Assembly (NCBI GenBank): GCA_963666835.2
Contig: CAXXGO010000001.1
Location: 1,216,001-1,280,000 of the forward strand
DNA: 64,000 nt
Reading direction: 5' to 3'
Origin: Phycisphaerae bacterium
GTDB lineage: Bacteria; Planctomycetota; Phycisphaerae; UBA1845
The notes under the pieces are model-generated. The model was not told the DNA's origin and did not search any database. It saw nothing but the letters and a program-made list of their open reading frames with translations. Each line of letters starts with the position of its first letter. Within the stretch, counting starts at the first letter, position 1. Positions 58,480 through 64,000 of this stretch are shown here, one piece after another. The translations under genes were made by a program, and so were the position numbers.

Positions 58480-59574
58480 ATGGTAAACGGGCGGGTAGGT
58501 GCAGAAAGGACGGATGAACCGGCAGCGCGGAAGCGCCGGTGCGACACTTCCTCGCGGTTGTGGCGGGAGTGGTGCTTCGTTCGGGCTGCTTTCATCCGCT
58601 TTCGCGGTCGCCTGCTGCTGATCGCCGTGATTCTGTTGGGCGGGGGGCTGCTGTTCCAGCGCCTGGAGCCGGAGAAGGGGCACTCGTTACTTCAGGCGAT
58701 GTATTTTACGTGGGCTCTGGTCTTCGGTGAGCCGCCGGAGGCTTTCCCGCAGTCTCACGTTCTGCAACTGCTGTTCTTCGCGGTGCCGGTTCTGGGGCTG
58801 ACCGTCATCATCGAGGGAATCGTCGACCTGGCTTTTCTTCTTCGTGATCGGAAACGCTATGAACGAGGGTGGTGTTGTATGATGGCTTCATCGATGTCCG
58901 GTCACGTGGTTCTCGTCGGTTTCGGCAAGCTGGGGTTCCGCACGTTTCTTCATCTAAGAGACCTGGGCTCGTCGGTTGTTGTTATTGAACGAGATCCCGG
59001 CAACCAGTTTCTCGAGGACGTTCGCCAGGACGGATCACCTTTGCTGATCGGTGACGCCCGACGCGAGGCGATATTGCACGACGCCAACATCGCCAAGGCT
59101 CGGGCGATTGTACTGGCCACCGACGATGACCTCACCAACTTGGAGGTGGCTTTGGACGCGCAGAAGATCGCCCCCGACATCCGAGTGGTTCTGCGGATGT
59201 TCGATCAGAACATGGCGGACAAGGTGGCAGACAGCTTCAATATTCACGTGGCCATGTCTCAGTCGGCGATATCCGCACCGGCCTTCGCGACCGTGGCCGT
59301 CGAGCCTTCGGTCATCTCCGGCACGGTGGTCGGCGAGAATCTGATCGCGATTCAGCGCTGGCATGTCCGGGCCGGTGGCCCCCTGTGCGGCAAAACGGTG
59401 GCCGATGTCATGGTCGACTACCACCTGGGGGTGACGGAGCACCGCTCAAAGGCGGCGGGGGCGACTCTTTTCCCACCTCCCGACACTCCGCTGGTTGACG
59501 GCGACGAACTGCTCGTCCAGGGGACGCTTGAAGGGCTCAAGTCGCTCAAGATCGCCGTAAGCGGCGTTGTCTGA
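58480..59574 (+). CDS. 2TM channel-like protein with RCK (TrkA-N/TrkA-C) domains
   Basis: Two TMs, HVVLVGFGKLG, GDAR, DDDLTNL; start uncertain. Confidence 0.85.
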   Translation: MVNGRVGAERTDEPAARKRRCDTSSRLWREWCFVRAAFIRFRGRLLLIAVILLGGGLLFQRLEPEKGHSLLQAMYFTWALVFGEPPEAFPQSHVLQLLFFAVPVLGLTVIIEGIVDLAFLLRDRKRYERGWCCMMASSMSGHVVLVGFGKLGFRTFLHLRDLGSSVVVIERDPGNQFLEDVRQDGSPLLIGDARREAILHDANIAKARAIVLATDDDLTNLEVALDAQKIAPDIRVVLRMFDQNMADKVADSFNIHVAMSQSAISAPAFATVAVEPSVISGTVVGENLIAIQRWHVRAGGPLCGKTVADVMVDYHLGVTEHRSKAAGATLFPPPDTPLVDGDELLVQGTLEGLKSLKIAVSGVV

Positions 59575-59596
59575 TTGCGGGGAAGGGATGAAGGCG

Positions 59597-60346
59597 TCAG
59601 AGCGGACGGGCGAGGATTCCGTCCACCACGTTGAAGAACTCCTCCGGCTTCTCCAACATCATAAGATGACCGGTTCCGGCGATTTCCGCATCTGATCGGG
59701 CGGCCGCACGTACGAAGTCGGGCACGTCCCACGCCGCGGCCGATCGCTCGCCTGCGATCAGGTGGATACCGATGCCGCCGTCGACGACGCTTCGCACCAG
59801 TGCCATGTACGCCGGATCGCCGGTTTCCTTCACAATAGCCCGCGACATTGCGTGGAGAGTTCCTGCCGGTTGAAAGTCCAGGATGCCGGCCGCCCAATCG
59901 ATGCGCGAAGGAGTGGGCTCGAGACCCCATCGTGTCAGCGTGGCGGGTACGTCGGCTTGCATGGCCTGACAGTCCTGTGACCACCGTTCAGGGGTCTTGG
60001 CCGCGATGGAGCCGGCCCAGAAGGCGTCTTTCAACGTGAAATTGCCCTCGACGTTGATGATTCCCAGGACCAACTCAGGGCGAAGGTCCGCCATGATCAT
60101 CGCCACTGCTCCGCCCATGCTGTGCCCCAGCAGCCACACCGGTTCGGAACCGGCGCCTTCGATTACCGACAGAACGTGCTCAGCTTGGCTCCTGAGAGTC
60201 AGACGCCGCTGATTGATATCGCGATAGGATCCGTAGCCGAGCAGATCGACCGTACGCACGTTTGCCCGAGGTAGGCGCAATGCGGGATCGACGCAGTCCA
60301 GCGTTCCGATCAATCCGTGGATTATCTGTAAGGTGGGGCGGTTCAC
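59597..60346 (-). CDS. Alpha/beta hydrolase
   Basis: IHG, DLLGYG, GHSMGG nucleophile elbow, GTGHLMMLE. Confidence 0.9.
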   Translation of the reverse strand: MNRPTLQIIHGLIGTLDCVDPALRLPRANVRTVDLLGYGSYRDINQRRLTLRSQAEHVLSVIEGAGSEPVWLLGHSMGGAVAMIMADLRPELVLGIINVEGNFTLKDAFWAGSIAAKTPERWSQDCQAMQADVPATLTRWGLEPTPSRIDWAAGILDFQPAGTLHAMSRAIVKETGDPAYMALVRSVVDGGIGIHLIAGERSAAAWDVPDFVRAAARSDAEIAGTGHLMMLEKPEEFFNVVDGILARPL

Positions 60347-60500
60347 GGTTCCTTCCGCAGACCGGAGGTTCTTCGATGTTGCAATACGATCACGCTGGAG
60401 AGTATGACGGGTCCGAGGCGCGCGGACAAGGCGGACCCCGGGGTATGTCCGGTGTCCGCCCCGCCGTTCAAACAGAATCCTCTTCGCCTCTGTGCCTCCT

Positions 60501-63500
60501 TTACGGGCCGGAGATCGTGATAAGGCCCGGAATCAACGTAATCGGCAGGATTGCGTTGTGGTCGCCATCGCCCATGACGGTAACTTGCGTGTCCGGATTG
60601 AAGCCGATCGTGAACGTCCCCGAAGCATCCGAAGAGACATCGACAATAAGCGTGCCGGCGTACTTCTCCGCTCCCGTATCGGCAACGGGCAGGACGGGGT
60701 TGCCCGTGAGAAGCGACGCTATATACAGGTTAACGGGATTAGCTACCGGGATAACCGCCAGATCAAAGAATACGTAGTCGGGGTCGTAAGGGTCAACATA
60801 GTAGGCGGCGTGCGCATCACAGAAGCCGCTCCCTTCGCATGACGAGGGCGGAACATGGTTGGGTTCAGAGCAGTCCTCGTCGCCCTCGCAGGGAATCTCC
60901 GCAAGGCCGAGCATCCCAGTCGAACCACTTGTGAAACTACCCTCACTGACCCCCGTTGCGAAATACTCGAGCAACGGATCCCCGTTATGGTCGGGATCCC
61001 AGTTCGCGACGTGCAATTCGATCGTTACCTGAGCTCCGCCGGGCGGGATGATAATCTCGTTGTCATTCAGGGTGTACGCCCCGTCCGATTCGACGGGACG
61101 CCAGATCATGCGCGCGGCCGGGGCATCCGGACACGTACAATGACCGGCGCAGCCCGCTGACTCCGGCGGGCAATCCGAGTTATCATCGCACACGATCGTT
61201 GTGAAGTCCGTATACTCGCAGGAACCTCCGACGCACTCGTCAAGCGTGCAGTCGTCTCCATCGTTACACACCATCGGATTGTGGCTCACCTCGCCCGTCT
61301 CCGGGTCGCACACATCGATCGTGCAAGGGTCGCTGTCGTTAATCATCGTCGTAACGCCCGTGTCCGGATCGCAGCAACGGGTTACCGGGTTGTAATTGAG
61401 CTCGTTAATGCAATCTCCCGTTTCGATGTCGCAGGAATCGTCCGTGCAGGCGCTGTCGTCGTCGCAATCGACCGGATAGCACATCGGGCAGTCGCCCCAA
61501 TCGGGGCAGAAAGAATCCGCATCCCGACCCTGGAAGACCATCAGCGTCCATACAACGTCAACGAAGTTCATCAATTGGTTCGGAACGCAATCATGAAGAT
61601 CCATCCCGGCCAGGGTTATGCTCAAGTAGTTGCCCTTGAAAGCCTCGACCCCGAGCAATACGTCCGTGAAGTTCACGACCGTGTTGTTGTCGACGTCCCC
61701 GAGCTTCCAAGTCCACGCGGTCGTCATGTCCGAATATGCCGGGTTGCCCGGCCAGCCGCAGTCCGCCCAAACCTCGAACTGCGTCGCCGGAGTCACCGAC
61801 TCGCCGGTGATGTAGACCGGATCACCCCACTCCGCCGGAGTCAAGAACACCGCATCCGCCGGATCGTCCACCAGAACCCCCGCCTGAACCGTCGGGCCAC
61901 TGTAACCCAGCACTTCAAACGGCACCGGGGCGCCGACGTAACGGGCTATCCCGGCCGTACAGGCCCCCCGTACCATAATCGCCTGCGGAGCCTCGGAATC
62001 CGGGGGCTGTAACGAAACCGCCAGATAACGCGGGCCGGCCGCTTCCACGATCGGAGCGTCGCACAGGCAGGTGTCCAGTTCTTCGTCACATGGTCCGCCG
62101 CACGGATTGCCCGAATGGTCGCAACCGACACCCACTACGCAGATCTCGTCGCCGTTGCAGAACAGGCCGTCGTCCGGGCACTCCTCGTGGTTCGGCGTGT
62201 TAACGCATTCATCGATGATGTCGTTGCACGAATCGGAGGTGCAGTCGATCTCGTCGTCGCAGTCCACCTCCGTACCGTCCTGACAGTCCTCGATCGGATC
62301 ACACCACTCGAACCCGTCGCACCACAGGCCGTTGTCGCAGTTCGCATCGTTGGGAATGTTGCGGCAAACATCCGCGACGTCATCGCAAGAGTCGTCCGTA
62401 CAGTCCACCAGGTCATCGCAGTCCGGAACGGTGCCGGGACTGATCACGCAGTCGTCGATCGGGTCGCAAATCTCCACCCCGTCACACCACTGTCCGTTAT
62501 CGCAGTTGGCATCGTTCGGTTCGTTGTAACAGACGTCGAGAACGTCATCGCAGGTGTCGTCGGTACACGAAACATCGTCGTCGCACGCAAAGGAACCGCC
62601 GGAACAGGCGCCCGAAAGGCACGCCTCGTCTATCGTGCAGAACAGACCATCGTCACACGGGTCTCCGTTATCCGCATGATTAGCCAGGCAAGTGCCCGTA
62701 CTGTTGCAGGTGTCCGGGTCCGTGCAATCCGTATCACTCGGGTCTCCACAACTTGTCCCGAACGGTTCGTCGTTTGGATCACACCCGCCGGATCCGTCAC
62801 AGGTATCCGGATCGGTACAATCCGTGTCCGCCGAGCTGCCGCACGGAGTGCCTGCCGAGGCGAAGTTCTCGATACACACCGCGGAGGCGTTGCAGGTGTC
62901 TTGAGCATCGCAAGGCCCCAGCGGTGGGCCGCCGCAATCCGTACCTTCGGGCATGGGATCATGGCTTACCGAACCGTCCGCCGTATTGCAGACGTCGTCC
63001 GTGCAGTCGTTATCGTCATCCAACGGTTCGAGATTCCCGGTCGTCGGATCACAACATTCGACCGAATCGTCGTAGTTAATGGGGTTATCGCAGAGCTGCG
63101 AGGGCAAGCAGTCGTCACCGGTGCAGAGGTTGCCGTCGGCGCAGTTCGCGTCGGAGATGCAGGCCACGAATATGATCGCCGGCGATTTATCCAACGGCTC
63201 GATCAAGAACCCGATTTCGTCGCGGATGAAGGTGAAACTGTCATTATCGACCACGTCGATCGTGTAGACCCCATTGGCACCGGCCGGTACGTCGATAAGT
63301 AGCGTACCGGCGTAATAATCCAACCCGCCGTCGGTCTTGCCGCTACCCATGATCACCGCACCGTACTCGTAATCGAGCGTGATTGTGGCCACGGCGGGAA
63401 TGCTGGTTACTCCGTTGAAGACGTAGTCCGTCCGGCTCGAGTCGATGAAGGCTCCGTTGGCAGGTGTGGCGGGCCAGCCCGTCGGCACCAGCGGGTCACC

Positions 63501-63764
63501 GTTCCCGCTGCTATAGCCGGTTCCGTCGATGGTAAACTGATATGCCCCTAGAGGAGGTCCGTCCTCCTCCGGATCCCACCCGGAGAGCTTCATCTCCAGG
63601 GTAACAGTCTGCCCGCCGCCCTGTAACGTGATCATGTTACCGTCGATGCTGTGGGAACCGGTCGCTTCAATCGGCACCCAGAAAAAGTCCGCTCCGTAAC
63701 TCGAAATCGACGTCAAGCCGATCACCAACGCAAACACGCCGTACCTATACCGGGAACGCAACAT
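60501..63764 (-). CDS. Secreted Cys-rich repeat protein with two cohesin-like domains and a dockerin-like EF-hand pair
   Basis: SD AGGAGG, signal peptide; homologous N- and C-terminal domains (W.P.E..G...N.I....G..VT.E....WDP ... YAGTL..DV...A.G..TI); many CDDxxxCTxDxC repeats; GDVDNNTVVNFTDV...NQLMNFVDV. Confidence 0.8.
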   Translation of the reverse strand: MLRSRYRYGVFALVIGLTSISSYGADFFWVPIEATGSHSIDGNMITLQGGGQTVTLEMKLSGWDPEEDGPPLGAYQFTIDGTGYSSGNGDPLVPTGWPATPANGAFIDSSRTDYVFNGVTSIPAVATITLDYEYGAVIMGSGKTDGGLDYYAGTLLIDVPAGANGVYTIDVVDNDSFTFIRDEIGFLIEPLDKSPAIIFVACISDANCADGNLCTGDDCLPSQLCDNPINYDDSVECCDPTTGNLEPLDDDNDCTDDVCNTADGSVSHDPMPEGTDCGGPPLGPCDAQDTCNASAVCIENFASAGTPCGSSADTDCTDPDTCDGSGGCDPNDEPFGTSCGDPSDTDCTDPDTCNSTGTCLANHADNGDPCDDGLFCTIDEACLSGACSGGSFACDDDVSCTDDTCDDVLDVCYNEPNDANCDNGQWCDGVEICDPIDDCVISPGTVPDCDDLVDCTDDSCDDVADVCRNIPNDANCDNGLWCDGFEWCDPIEDCQDGTEVDCDDEIDCTSDSCNDIIDECVNTPNHEECPDDGLFCNGDEICVVGVGCDHSGNPCGGPCDEELDTCLCDAPIVEAAGPRYLAVSLQPPDSEAPQAIMVRGACTAGIARYVGAPVPFEVLGYSGPTVQAGVLVDDPADAVFLTPAEWGDPVYITGESVTPATQFEVWADCGWPGNPAYSDMTTAWTWKLGDVDNNTVVNFTDVLLGVEAFKGNYLSITLAGMDLHDCVPNQLMNFVDVVWTLMVFQGRDADSFCPDWGDCPMCYPVDCDDDSACTDDSCDIETGDCINELNYNPVTRCCDPDTGVTTMINDSDPCTIDVCDPETGEVSHNPMVCNDGDDCTLDECVGGSCEYTDFTTIVCDDNSDCPPESAGCAGHCTCPDAPAARMIWRPVESDGAYTLNDNEIIIPPGGAQVTIELHVANWDPDHNGDPLLEYFATGVSEGSFTSGSTGMLGLAEIPCEGDEDCSEPNHVPPSSCEGSGFCDAHAAYYVDPYDPDYVFFDLAVIPVANPVNLYIASLLTGNPVLPVADTGAEKYAGTLIVDVSSDASGTFTIGFNPDTQVTVMGDGDHNAILPITLIPGLITISGP

Positions 63765-63832
63765 GGGTATGCCTCCTGATGGGACAGCCGTAATCACAAA
63801 CCACTTCCTCGCTTGAAATGGCACGATACTGC

Positions 63833-63861
63833 TGATTACACATTCTAACAGAGTGTAATCA
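63833..63861. promoter_or_regulatory. Perfect inverted repeat TGATTACAC-N11-GTGTAATCA (candidate operator)
   Basis: 9-bp arms at 63833-63841 and 63853-63861, extra half-site GTAATCAC at 63790-63797, in AT-rich DNA upstream of the secreted protein. Confidence 0.6.
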
Positions 63862-64000
63862 CTAATGGAAGGAATTTTCGGACTCCAACGGAACAAACCG
63901 GCGGGTCGCCTCGATGTGGTCAACAGATGGCCCCCGTGGTATGCTGTCTTGTGCAAGAATTAACGCAGGCTTTCTTTTGTGCTGTTGGAATCGCGTATTG

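Noticed and set aside
62100..63150. Repetitive DNA that might be a CRISPR or DGR-type repeat
   Set aside because: Repeats are degenerate, in-frame Cys-rich protein repeats; no constant repeat-spacer structure, cas or reverse transcriptase gene
63819..63833. TGGCACGATACTGC resembling a sigma54 promoter
   Set aside because: GG-to-GC spacing is 9 nt, not the required 10
1..64000. Apparent shift from G-rich to more C-rich + strand after about 29 kb (replication origin or terminus?)
   Set aside because: Tracks gene orientation and cannot be quantified by eye; no dnaA boxes or dif site recognised

Overview
GC-rich bacterial window, probably Planctomycetota (Phycisphaerae-like; inferred from the lipoprotein, dockerin/Cys-repeat and ExbBD-TPR-VWA gene content). 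It has four blocks. (1) 1-28.1 kb: an oxidative-stress and metal-homeostasis supercluster. It starts with a divergent 3-Cys Rrf2 regulator. About 23.5 kb of co-oriented genes follow: PerR, ferritin, rubredoxin-like protein, AhpC, rubrerythrin, YyaL, two rubredoxins, flavodiiron protein, MntP, ZIP, cydAB, pntAA/AB/B, PTS enzyme I, BCP, AspA/FumC, catalase, pentaheme cytochrome c and nifU/nifS. A second PerR, exported MsrBA, a GT4 and an ArsC-like selenoprotein close the block; the ORF track truncates the selenoprotein at its in-frame UGA, which is followed by a SECIS-like hairpin. (2) 28.4-33.1 kb: a tandem SLATT-like 4TM protein tail-to-tail with a Toll-receptor-like TIR-TM-TPR-PDZ protein, a candidate membrane-sensing immune or signalling pair. 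(3) 33.3-51.2 kb: envelope genes, including a Slam-like TPR/beta-barrel, a FecR-domain secreted protein, lipoproteins, and an ExbB/ExbD/ExbD/TPR operon. That operon's VWA protein carries a TonB-type SxxxH transmembrane motif. (4) 51.5-64 kb: a VWA/response regulator/kinase unit with an OmpR-type direct repeat, an SDR, an RCK channel, a hydrolase, and a Cys-rich secreted protein with cohesin-like and dockerin-like domains. No rRNA, tRNA, CRISPR or mobile element was recognised. All assignments come from reading motifs by eye; no database searches were run.
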